Positions 1 to 10,909 of a stretch of DNA of 64,000 bases are shown here, in pieces (the first letter of the stretch is position 1; every line of letters begins with the position of its first letter). Origin of the DNA: Octopus vulgaris (taxonomy: Eukaryota); the NCBI GenBank assembly GCA_951406725.2, contig OX597821.1, positions 90,086,001 to 90,150,000 on the forward strand, in the 5' to 3' direction. The translations under genes and the position numbers were made by a program. Under the pieces are notes generated by a model. The model ran no database searches, was not told where the DNA came from, and saw only the letters and a list, made by a program, of their open reading frames with translations.

Positions 1-1381
1 ACAGCAATATTGTCAATCCTTCTTTCTCTATAGTCATTATTTGTGTTATTTTTCTCTTTATACTTACCATACGTTAATGTAAATTTTCCTCTGCTGTATT
101 CTTCCTATAATGTCATTTCTATTATAATGTTGTTTTTATTGTATTCTTTAGTATCATTGCAGTAATGTTGCTTTTGTTATTGTTCACGTCCTAGTTTCGC
201 TGCACTGACATTTATTGTCTTTGAGAGAAAGAAAGAATGAAAGAGAAAAAGAAGGCAGATATTTTATTCGATTGTCAAAGATATTACATTACAAAATTAT
301 AGTTTGCAATAATGGTTTCTCAATATAAAAATGGTAGATATTTTGGGAAAGAAAAAAGTTCAAAAAATATAAACAAAAATAGTTTAAAGCAAAAGGTTAA
401 CAGTTTTACACAAACACTGAGGTGTTAAAATTATTTCACCATAAAAAAATAATGTTTTTAGCTTTAGCTGTCTTCCAGAACATTCCTGTTATAAACAGAA
501 AGAAAAAAAAAATCGGAGGGAGAAAATAAGCCGTTTGATCATGTAAATAAACGTAGTGAGATGAGAAAGGTTAAATACACGATAAAGAATAAAGTTAGGA
601 CTGTTCCTTTAATCTTGTGGCATCCACCTATCATTGCTTCGTATCCACTTATCTACTATTTTAGATACTGCAACTAAATTTTATAGATGGAGGCTCACTT
701 CTGCTTCTGAGTAACAATGTATTGTCATAAAGTTTTACAATCAATATTATAACACCATAACTGTTTTAACATCCATTTAAAAGCCATACAAATGTGGGTT
801 GGATAGAACTGCTACACGTTACATGATCACTTAGCCTGTTCTTGTAATATCTCATCTATGAGAATCCAACTTCTTTAGATTTTCTCTTATCATTTCACTG
901 TTAGTCACCCTTTTCTCTTAGTATCGACAGTACACATTTTTTTAACTCGGCACTCATCAGGTTGTTGTTGTTATTGTTGATAATATGCTCTCTCAATAAT
1001 CTTCATTCAGTAGATATACATAAAGCCATTTCAGCCACAACAATCCTTTCGTTTCATTTATGGTGGCTTGGTTGTATTTATGACTACCTTATCGAATGTC
1101 CTCATCTTTGTTTTAAAGATGGCGTATAAGTGCATGCTTTGAGAAAGTTTTAAGCAGTATTTGTAGCATGACGTATGAGTAGGCACTCTAACTTACTGAA
1201 TTTACTATTTCTTCTGCAATATGATCTACAGACTGGATTGAATCAAATTCATGTCATATCCTGTAGAAAACTTAGAGAGGATGTTTCTTTGCAAAATAGA
1301 AGGAGATATGGTACTTCTCGGTATATTTCTATTTTATCCAGTTGCAAGAGAGATTCCAGTTTGTTTTCCTTCTTTAGTTAC

Positions 1382-1905
1382 TGTTGTGTGGACGCCCCCA
1401 AACAATGAAGTAGGCTAGCCCAATACGGAGATATAGAGGGAGAGGTCTAGACGTCAGAGTACAGTTGGGTAACGTGATGTACATGGTAAAAGAACCAAAA
1501 TATGTACACAGAATCCATTTAAACCAATTAAAAAAAGATATAACAAAAATCACGAGAGGCAAGAAGAACTAATGGATTTATGGTATGATTTGTTCCAAGT
1601 CCCAGAACCACAATCAAAAATGTTCGAGGTTCCAGGACCACAAGCAAAAGCAGAACCGACACGGAGGTCGAACAGGAAGAGAAAACCTACAGAAATGATG
1701 GAAATTAACGCTAAAAGAAAAAGACATGCCAGTTTCTCACCGAGGAAATAAAATTGATAAATTTGGGCTAAAAAATTCAAAAGGGTGGGGTGGATTCCCC
1801 CAGACGATGAACTAGGCTAGATGGAGAAGTCTAGTCGTCAGAGAACAGTTGAGTAGCGGTGAGAGTCGAGGTTGAGTAGAGGTCATCCGAACATGCGACG
1901 TAACA
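1382..1905 (+). mobile_element. Internally deleted Gypsy/Ty3 LTR retrotransposon remnant (5' LTR piece, integrase C-terminus, PPT, 3' LTR)
   Basis: Starts TGTT and ends AACA, flanked by GTTAC at 1377-1381 and 1906-1910 (5-bp TSD). Imperfect direct repeats at ~1388-1475 and ~1790-1858. With one frameshift, ~1462-1751 reads QLGNVMYMVKEPKYVHRIHLNQLKK/RYNKNHERQEELMDLWYDLFQVP...TRRSNRKRKPTEMMEINAKRKRH, typical of Gypsy integrase tails. Polypurine tract AAAAGGGTGGGG at 1779-1790. Confidence 0.8.
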
Positions 1906-1969
1906 GTTACTTAACAACGTTTCATAACTGGAATGCTAATTGTTGTGATGCTTCATTGCTGCATTATTT

Positions 1970-2357
1970 GGAAATGGAAGCACTCCGTCGGTTACGACGA
2001 CGAGGGTTCCGGTTGATCCGAATCAACGGAACAGCCTGCTCGTGAAATTAACGTGTAAGTGGCTGAGCACTCCACAGACACGTGTACCCTTAACGTAGTT
2101 CTCGGGGATATTCAGCGTGACACAGAGAGTGAAAAGGCCGGCCATTTGAAATACAGGTACAACAGAAACAGGAAGTAAGAGTGAGAGAAAGTTGTGGTGA
2201 AAGAGTACAGCAGGGATCACCACCATCCCCTGCCGGAGCCTCGCGGAGCTTTAGGTGTTTTCGCTCAATAAACACTCACAACGCTCGGTCTGGGAATCGA
2301 AACCGCGATCCTCCGACCGCGAGTCCGCTGCCTTAACCACTGGGCAATTGCGCCTCC
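1970..2357 (-). mobile_element. tRNA-derived SINE, family A, tail type 1
   Basis: Minus strand begins GGAGGCGCAATTGCCCAGTGG (A box) ... GGTTTCGATTCCC (B box). 12-bp TSD GCTGCATTATTT at 1958-1969 and 2358-2369. Closely matches 33082-33454. Confidence 0.92.
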
Positions 2358-3259
2358 GCTGCATTATTTAATGACTACAGTGTTTCATTATGATGAGCTT
2401 TCGTTTATATAAGGCTTTAGAAATTCCCTATCGGATTGCTGCGATGTTACATTGTAGCAATATCTCAACGTTGTGATGTTCCATTGTTGTGATGCTTCGT
2501 TGTTGAGAAATTCCATTACTGCACTGCTTCTTTGCTGCTATTTATTTTGTTTTTTTTTTACAAGTTTCAGTCATTTGACTGCGGCCATGCTGGAGCACCA
2601 CCTTTAGTCGAGCAAATCGACCCCGAGACTTATTCTTTGTAAGCCCAGTACTTATTCTATCGGACTTTTTTGCCGAACCGCTAAGTGACGGGGACGTAAA
2701 CACACCAGCATCGGTTGTTAAGCAATGCTAGGGGTACAAACGCAGACACACAAACACACACACCCACATACATATAAATATATATACATATATACGACAG
2801 GCTTCTTTCAGTTTCCGCCTACCAAATCCACTCACAAGGCATTGGTCGGCCCGGGGCTATAGCAGAAGACACTTGCTCAAGATGCCACGCAGTAGAACTG
2901 AACCCGGAACCATGTAGTTGGTTAGCAAGCTACTTTATTTCAAAACATTTGCCATAAAGGCAGTACACAGATTAAGTTAGCTTTGCGGGCTGGACGAGGA
3001 CATTAATGAAGTGAATGATAATGAAAGACAGATGATAAGGATAGGAGAAGACAAAAAGCGCCCGCCGACTTTCGCTTCTCTAAAACATTGTTCTTTTTAA
3101 AGATAAACACAAAACGAGGTATTAAACCTCTTACAATTTTTCCAATTTTTGGACTTAGCAGTCCATTATTAATAAAAATGCAAAACGAGGTATTAAACCT
3201 CTTTCAATTTTCCAATTTTTGGACTTAGCAGTCCATTATTAATACTAACAGTTCAATAA

Positions 3260-3820
3260 TTACATATCGTCCTCGAAATAGCTTGTGCCCGCGCCCTCCA
3301 CCATCATACACGCCTCCCTCAGAACGTAATCAAGTTCCGAGTTCGCGTCTCCCGGGACCAAGCTATAATCTTCATTGTGCTTCTTTAGCCCAAGCGTCAC
3401 GTCGAACGCCACGGCCTCCACAGCTATCTGCGGACCCATTCGGGGTCCTGTGTGAAGGCTAAAGGAGCTCCCTTGTGGTACTCTTCCGTCATTTTTTTTT
3501 CAATTTCTCCTCCTCTATAGAAGAGGACCATATACGTTCAGTTCTTTCGTTGGCGGCACAGTTCCCGCCAACGTCTGCGGCTCATGGATATCAGCCGCCC
3601 GACCTTTCTTTCTTTTTCTCCTCCTTCTTTTGGGGGAGACCGCTGACCCAGGGGACTCCGTCACCAGACACGGGGGATCGCTATCCCGCTCCGCCACCTG
3701 AGCGTTCTTTGGCGAGCAGCCATTGTTGCTCGCCTGTCTCTTTCTTTTCGTGGAGGCAACCTCCTCCACGACTTCCACCGTCTCCCCCTCCAATGAGGGG
3801 GCGGCGGGCGCCTTTTCCCC
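3260..3820 (-). pseudogene. Frameshifted C-terminal continuation of the ORF1 protein
   Basis: Shifted frames give EGETVEVVEEVASTKRKR...SPKRRRRKRKK, then ...NDGRVPQGSSFSLHTGPRMGPQIAVEAVAFDVTLGLKKHNEDYSLVPGDANSELDYVLREACMMVEGAGTSYFEDDM* (stop 3260-3262). One shift lies in the T9 run at ~3492-3500. Confidence 0.6.
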
Positions 3821-4462
3821 TTAATGCTCCGGGGCACCACCACGGCCCCCGGGACAATTCCTCTTGATATGTCCGGGCTTCAGGCACAGGTGACACTTGG
3901 GGGGGCGTCCCTCGAGTATCACCGGGTACCTGTGCCCAGCCATTCTCAGGAAGTCCGGGAATTTCATTTCTCCCACGGCCACCGGTGTCCACAGGGTCAA
4001 AGTTGTCTTTGACCCCTCCCAGGCGACCGCGGGAGCCATTTTCACACTCAGTAGCCTGGGTCCGCTATACCCCAGGCCTCGCCGGATGGTCTTCTCGATC
4101 CATTCCGCCTCCGTGCCCGGGGGCAGCCCACAAACCCAGGCTCTTTTTACTTTTCTGCCACAATACGAGGGGAGGAACAAAATTTCCTCTCCCTCCAGTG
4201 GCTCGCTAGCAAATCTGCTAGCTTCCTCGGGGGTACCAAACAGCAACCACACCGTTGCAAATTTACTCCCCCGAGAAATAAACTTTATCGTTGGTAGGTG
4301 GTCCCCCAACTCTTTCTCTATGGTGCTCCTGTCGAAGAGGGCGATAGCTCCACGCGACCTAGAATAGGTTCGTAGGACCACCGTCCTCTTCTCAAGACTT
4401 TCAATCCACTGCTTGGGTGGGACAACCTCCCATTCCAAAGCAGTGGTTTCTTTTGTTGCCAT
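3821..4462 (-). CDS. LINE ORF1-like nucleic-acid-binding protein with CCHC zinc knuckle (N-terminal 213 aa)
   Basis: ATG-initiated, GC-rich relative to flanks. Contains VILEGRPPKCHLCLKPGHIKRNCP (CX2CX4HX4C) after an RRM-like region, as in L1/Tx1 ORF1p. Confidence 0.8.
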   Translation of the reverse strand: MATKETTALEWEVVPPKQWIESLEKRTVVLRTYSRSRGAIALFDRSTIEKELGDHLPTIKFISRGSKFATVWLLFGTPEEASRFASEPLEGEEILFLPSYCGRKVKRAWVCGLPPGTEAEWIEKTIRRGLGYSGPRLLSVKMAPAVAWEGSKTTLTLWTPVAVGEMKFPDFLRMAGHRYPVILEGRPPKCHLCLKPGHIKRNCPGGRGGAPEH

Positions 4463-5799
4463 GATTCTGAAAAAAAGTTCAACTAAAAGTTCAAAGTCCA
4501 GTAAGAAAAAAACACAATGACAGAACAGAAAGACAGAGCAGAGAAAAGGACGAAGGAAGACAGTTCAAATAATGGCAACACAGTTCTGCAACTGGTAATC
4601 CTCACGAAACAGGGTACTCCTAGTTGCAGCACACTTGGTTCTCCGTGGTAAATCCAAGCACAATTGGTTCTCCGTGGTAAATCCAAGCGAACAAATTAAT
4701 TTTTGAGGAGGGGCTATGCCTCTTCAAAATACACAATTCTCACTAAAAGGTGAGACAATAAATACGCCAACAGGCAGAACAAATACATCCGAAGCAAGTG
4801 AAGCTTATTACGCGCAGAAAAGTGTTAACACTAATTAACATTAATGCCAAAAAAGTATTAACGGCAAGCAATAAACCTCACTATGCTTCCAAAAGTATCC
4901 AAAATGTCCTACCTGTTGCCGTAAATGTTCAATAATTCACGTTAACACGTGACATTTGCCGGAGCAAAAAGCAGCACGTCAGTCTGGTAAGAAGCTACTT
5001 ACCACACAGCCACTCCTGCGCCTATGTTTCATTATCTTCTTATTCCATTACTGCAATATATCATTGATGTAATTTGTCATTGCAGTTGTGTTTTGCTGTT
5101 AGAATATTTCATTATTCTGTTACATCATTCTTGTGATGTGTCATTGCTTCGCTGTTGTGTTGCTATAATATTTCATTGTTGTGAGACTTGATCGTTGTGA
5201 TGTTTCGTCGTTGAAATATTTCATGCAGTAATACTATCTTTCTCCGACAGTTAGTTTCAGCGAAAGCTGCAGATGACCTAACGAGTAATGTGACAGGCTA
5301 CAAAATACTGACTGAAGGGATTAAAGATTGTGTTATATCCCTAGTGTAGCGTCAGTCAGTTGCGAAATCCCTTAATGCTCAAACGGTCAAGTTTGTCTCA
5401 TAGAAAATATATATCACTGGTTATATGTGTTTTGTTTACTTCTATTCCAGAGTTGAAACTCCACTGGAAATATGATAAGCCAGAGATAGAGATAGAGATA
5501 GATAGATAGCTACATAGAGAGAGATAGAGACGGAGAGAGAGAGAGAGAGAGGTAGGGAGAGGGTAGAGAGAGAACATTGCCACTCTTATTTTTTAGCTGA
5601 AGAAAGGCGCTAATCCAGCTTGACTATGATTAATACACTGGCAATGTAGGTATCCGTTACCGAATAAACCATTAATTTCGTAAGATGATAGGGTGTGTTG
5701 GGATGCATATTTAGCTGGTCTTTCTAGCATGTTGACCCATCGCTTAGAGACTCGTCGATTTGAAGAACAATAAGAGGGGGATGAATTGATTCGATATTT

Positions 5800-5854
<55 letters not shown>

Positions 5855-5855
5855 T
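5800..5855. repeat. (TAG)n microsatellite
   Basis: Direct reading. Confidence 0.95.
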
Positions 5856-6120
5856 TGTTAAAACTGGGTACGTTGTCAAGTTCCTCAGAAACAGTAACAG
5901 AGCCATGATGAACAATCAATGCACGCCACCTTCTCAGTTAAACATTGCTAAGCGATTCATGTTGTACTCCGCGGACCTATTAACTTCTGTCACCTCCCAA
6001 CGAAAATGATATATGGATTAAGGTAGCTGCCTTACAAGGAAGAAAGGAATTATTCATGGGGTTCTGAGACTGACAACCTAATCCCTTACGCAACTTACAT
6101 TTTCTCACCCTGTTTTACTT

Positions 6121-6471
6121 GAGTCCAGGACATTTACTCCACCCCCATGGACAATAACACCCTGAGGACAACAGAAGGTGATTTAAAAGTTCTTTTCTTC
6201 ATTATATTGGCCATAGAGGCCTTACACAAAAGGGAAGCTACGGGCTGGACATAGGCATTATGTTATAAAACGACAAATGAAAATAATGATAAATGAGGGG
6301 AACCAGCGACACACGGTGATTGCTGCGTACCCGAACACTTCTTAATATATTGATTTAAAACTCCTTAATATATTGGAGAGGGGTTAATTAACCAAGAGGG
6401 GTAATCGTTTTAGGGGATAGTGGTCGTCGGAGGGAATTGTCCTACGGGTGGGGGTAATTGTTCTGATACGG
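6121..6471. mobile_element. Degenerate fold-back DNA-transposon derivative with GGACAATTACCCC-like subterminal repeats
   Basis: Left GGACATTTACTCCACCCCCATGGACAATAACACCC versus the reverse complement of the right end, GAACAATTACCCCCACCCGTAGGACAATTCCCTCC. Confidence 0.5.
6190..6340 (-). mobile_element. 5'-truncated 3' end of an element related to the ORF1-only retroelement
   Basis: GCCATAGAGGCCTTACACA...CGGGCTGGACATAGG parallels GCCATAAAGGCAGTACACA...CGGGCTGGACGAGG at ~2950-3000. Confidence 0.55.
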
Positions 6472-6680
6472 TTTTACTTTTGTTAAAGTAGTTGTGTTCT
6501 GTTACTTCTTGACGTACCAAGGTCTATAAGTTGCAGGGTAGAAATGTAGAGCTTTATAGTTTCATTTTTAAATACCAATTAAAAAAAAGCCTAAATTTTA
6601 CGAAAGTTTATCCATTATTTTGGCTCAGTAATATATCTTTGTATACGTGAAATCTTTAAATTTATGATCTGCAATATATA

Positions 6681-6838
6681 TGTTCCTTCCCGAGCCTTGC
6701 CTGGTTCATAAGGGCCGGTTTCCCGGTTTCATTGGCGTATACGTTCCTCAACTAGACGGGACGCCAGTCTGTCACGGGAGACCTGCTACATGCAAGAGGA
6801 AAGAGGGAGAAAAATTTGTGGTGCCGCGTGGAGTTTAG
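6681..6838 (-). mobile_element. 5'-truncated SINE: family-A core joined to the family-D tail
   Basis: Minus strand CACCACAAATTTTTCTCCCTCTTTCCTCTT (A core), then GGCGTCCCGTC...ATACGCCAATGAAACCGGGAAACCGG, as at ~22608-22680. Confidence 0.7.
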
Positions 6839-6857
6839 TATAAATATATATATATAT

Positions 6858-7354
<497 letters not shown>

Positions 7355-7358
7355 TGTA

Positions 7359-7407
<49 letters not shown>

Positions 7408-7432
7408 ATATATGTATATATATATATATATA

Positions 7433-7491
<59 letters not shown>

Positions 7492-7610
7492 GTGTGTATA
7501 TATATATATATACATATATCTATATTATATGAATATATAAATATGAGTATATATATATATGTATTTATATATTTATATACAAAATGTGTATATACATATT
7601 TATATACACA

Positions 7611-7646
<36 letters not shown>

Positions 7647-7989
7647 TGCATGTAAATATATAAATGTTATGCATAATCACATGAAGAAACCGTGTCTATT
7701 GATGTGTCGGCATGTAATAACATCACCATTGATCTAACTTCTAAATTATTACACATAGGTGTTATTTTTTTCCCTTCTCGTTCTGAAAGTTTTTTATTTG
7801 ATTTCAATATTAAAATTTCTATTCACACCTTCTCACGTGTGTCAGTGTGTACCGAAACCCAAAGCACTGACATTGCTGAGTGCCAAAAAAAAAAAACATT
7901 CATTGCTGCAGCCATAGTGTAGAGGTTGCTTTACGTGTCACTTCAATGATATATGGGTATTAAGCGATCTATTTCGCATGCTCTCCTTC

Positions 7990-8170
7990 ATTATTTTACT
8001 TGTTTTATTCATTTAATTGTGGCCATGCTGGAGCACATCCTTCAAGGTTTATTTTTTAATCCGGCAAATCGACCGTAGGAGTTTTTTTTCAATGACTCTT
8101 GGTGCGTAAACACACCAAAACCGGTTGTCAAGTGGTGGTGGAGGACAAACGCTGGCACAAAGACACATAC
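7990..8170 (-). mobile_element. Degenerate 3' half of SINE family B
   Basis: GGCCATGCTGGAGCAC...CAAATCGAC...GTAAACACACC...CGGTTGTCAAG. Confidence 0.7.
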
Positions 8171-8179
8171 ATACACATA

Positions 8180-8225
8180 TATCTCTATCTGTCCGTCTAT
8201 CTATCTATCTATCTATCTATCTATC

Positions 8226-8283
<58 letters not shown>

Positions 8284-8300
8284 ATATCTATCTATCTATC

Positions 8301-8332
<32 letters not shown>

Positions 8333-8333
8333 G

Positions 8334-8407
<74 letters not shown>

Positions 8408-8435
8408 CCTATCTATCTATCTATCTATCTATCTG
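8180..8435. repeat. (TATC)n microsatellite
   Basis: Direct reading. Confidence 0.95.
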
Positions 8436-8657
8436 CATATGTATATGTGTGTATTTGTGTGTTTGTTTCAAAGTCTTTCTGAAGATGACTTAATAAAGTT
8501 TTTAAGTATAAAGGAGATATTTTTAAAAATAAAAATTTTAAAAATGGTAAAAATCTTTCATCAGGATGTTACTAAGCTTTTTTGGAAGAAGTATTCTTCC
8601 ATGTATGTTTGAGCGATTGCGATTAACCGTTTCAAACACACACATATATGCTCTAAG

Positions 8658-8749
<92 letters not shown>

Positions 8750-8751
<2 letters not shown>

Positions 8752-9135
8752 GAATTATTAATTGAATTTAAATTATTGTTATTCGAATTGGTTACGGGCA
8801 TGAAACGATCGTAGTGTTTTTACTCTTTATCTTATATTAAACTTTGAATACTTTTTGATAATTATATAATTTACAAAAAAAAAAAAATTATATATTAAAT
8901 AAATAAAAAAAAAATAATAATATATATATATATATTTAAAATTTATAAGTTTAAATTATTTGAATAATTTTTAAATTTTAACTTTAATTTAAATATTTTA
9001 ATTTGGAATTTTATATTTTTTATATTTATAATTTATATTTTTTCAATTAATTTTATTTCTATGTATTGGCTTATGATTTTCACTGTTTGATTTGCCAAAT
9101 AGTGGTTTTATCTCTAATTTAATATAATATATATA
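8750..9135 (+). repeat. AT-rich dispersed repeat, possibly Penelope-like; inverted copy at ~24570-24925
   Basis: TACTCTTTATCTTATATTAAACTTT and ATGTATTGGCTTATG...AATAGTGGTTTTATCTCTAATTT match the reverse complement of segments at ~24880-24923 and ~24595-24655. Confidence 0.65.
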
Positions 9136-9136
9136 T

Positions 9137-9301
9137 CACAAGCTTCTTTCAGTTTCTGTTTACTAAATCTACTCACAAGTCTTTGGTCAGCTTGAGGCTA
9201 TAGTAAAAGACACTTGGCCAAGTTGTCACACAATAGGACTGAACCCGGAACTATGTGGTTGGGAAGCCAGCTGCTTACCATACAGCCACGCTTGCGCCTA
9301 T
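9137..9301 (-). mobile_element. SINE family B, head module only
   Basis: GCTTCTTTCAGTTTC...GGACTGAACCCGGAAC...CTTACCATACAGCCACGCTTGCGCCTAT. Confidence 0.8.
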
Positions 9302-9643
9302 GGACAAAATATTTTGAAAGAAGCAAAATACGCATTTTTCTTATTACTGAACCCCGGCCCCACTATGTCAAAACCGATATGTCAAAACCCATATGTCATT
9401 CTTCTACTGTTGTAAGTGTGAACTGAAAGACTTTCGGGAATGCAAGCTTGTAGTTGACCTCGTGACCATGTAGAGATTACTCAGTTCATTCATCCAGACC
9501 GCATCATAAGTGAGAAGATTGATTCTCTACATTTGGTTCTCTACAATTAAACACTATCCAGCCAGGCCAATTCTTTGACGGATATTGTGGTGGGAGTATG
9601 TAGTATGGTGCTTAATTTGGACAAATTACCAGAACTTCAGTAA

Positions 9644-9860
9644 CTCTTTCCTCTTTACTCTCTTTTAAATTGTTTCAGTCATTTGACTGCAGCCATGCTG
9701 GAGCACCGCCTTTTAGTCGAGGAAATCGACCCCAGGACTTATTCTTTGTAAGCCTAATACTTATTCTATCGGTCGCTTTCGCAGAAACGCTATGTTACGG
9801 GGACGTATACACACCACCATCGGCTGTCAAGCGATGTTGAGGGACAAACACAGGCATACA

Positions 9861-9896
<36 letters not shown>

Positions 9897-10161
9897 CGTA
9901 TATATATATATATATACATATATACGACGGGCTTCTTTCAGTTTCCGTCTACCAGATCCACTCACAAGGCTTTGGTCACAGACAAACGGATTAAGTCGAT
10001 CATATCGACCCCAGTGCTTAACTGGTACTTATTTAATCGATCCCGAAAGGATGAAAGGCAAAGTCGACCTCGACAGAATTTGAACTCAGAACGTAAAGAC
10101 AGACGAAATACCGCTAAGTATTTCGACCGGTGCGCTAACGTGTCTGCCAGCTCGCCGCCTT
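9644..10161 (-). mobile_element. Chimeric SINE: family-C 5' part (9978-10161) fused to family-B body and tail (9644-9977)
   Basis: B sequence stops at AAGGCTTTGGTC and runs directly into ACAGACAAACGGATTAAGTCG...CTGCCAGCTCGCCGCCT (family C). Confidence 0.85.
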
Positions 10162-10184
10162 ATTGGAACTTATTTGGAACTTAT

Positions 10185-10400
10185 ACCTACGGCCCTACTT
10201 CCGATGACAGACTGCTGAAGCTGGTTCATTATCGCAGCAGTTCCTGCAATTCTTGCACCTAGTTCAGTAAACTGCCTTCCATCATTCACAGATATGGAGC
10301 CCAGATAATTGTACTTCTCCACGTGCTTCAGAAGAAATCCATTGACATGTTGAGTTCATTGAGCAGGCTTCCTTGAGAGGATACGAGCCTGAGTCTAACT
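10185..10400 (-). mobile_element. RTE-type LINE ORF2 fragment (RT C-terminal region)
   Basis: Minus strand translates NGFLLKHVEKYNYLGSISVNDGRQFTELGARIAGTAAIMNQLQQSVIGSR, fitting the non-LTR RT V.xF.YLG...DG...E...RI pattern. Confidence 0.75.
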
Positions 10401-10498
10401 CTTTTAGCAGATGTAAGATAAATTTCCTACTTAATAGAATGACAATCTATTCTATACAATAGGCTAAGATTATGCTGTGCCTGTTTCAGACAGATATT

Positions 10499-10909
10499 AC
10501 TCTTTTTCTCTCTTTTACTTGTTTCAGTCATTTGACTGCGGCCATGCTGGAGTACCGCCTTTAGTCGAGCAAATCGACCCCAGGACTTATTCTTTGTAAG
10601 CCCAGTATATATTATATCGGTCTCTTTTGCCGAACCGCTAAGTGACGGGGACGTAAACACACCAGCATCGGTTGTCAAGCAATGCTAGGGGGACAAACAC
10701 ACACACAAACATATACACACACACCCACATATATATACATATATACGACAGGCTTCTTTCAGTTTCCGTCTACCAAATCCACTCACAAGGCATTTGTCGG
10801 TCCGGGGCTATAACAGAAGACACTTGCCGAAGATGCCACGCAGTGGGACTGAACCCGGAACCATGTGGTTGGTTAGCAAGCTACTTACCACACAGTCACT
10901 CCTGCGCCT
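10499..10909 (-). mobile_element. SINE family B, full length
   Basis: tRNA-like head with A/B boxes, internal (TA)/(TG) tract, CAGTC-AAAT-GACTG stem-loop and an A/G-rich (GTAAAAGA-like) tail. Confidence 0.93.

Larger units (their letters stand above)
2936..4991 (-). mobile_element. ORF1-only non-autonomous L1/Tx1-like non-LTR retroelement (~2.06 kb)
   Basis: 9-bp TSD AAGCTACTT at 2927-2935 and 4992-5000. ~530-bp 5' UTR, ORF1, ~320-bp 3' UTR ending ...GCCTTTATGGCAAATGTTTTGAAATAAA. No endonuclease or RT coding sequence between the ORF1 stop and the 3' end. Confidence 0.85.
2564..5023 (-). mobile_element. tRNA-derived SINE, family B, interrupted at 2936-4991
   Basis: 2564-2935 plus 5001-5023 rejoin into the same sequence as the intact copy at 10499-10909 (head AGGCGCAGGAGTGGCTGTGTGGTAAGTAGCTTGC). 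Confidence 0.92.
1920..5225. repeat. Degenerate ~16-bp minisatellite (TTCATTGTTGTGATGT-like) split by nested insertions
   Basis: Unit visible at ~1920-1965, ~2370-2545 and ~5025-5225, on both sides of the SINE and ORF1-element insertions. Confidence 0.6.

Noticed and set aside
3475-4367. Plus-strand and alternate-frame ORFs over the ORF1 element
   Set aside because: Shadow ORFs of a GC-rich coding sequence with no recognisable motifs.
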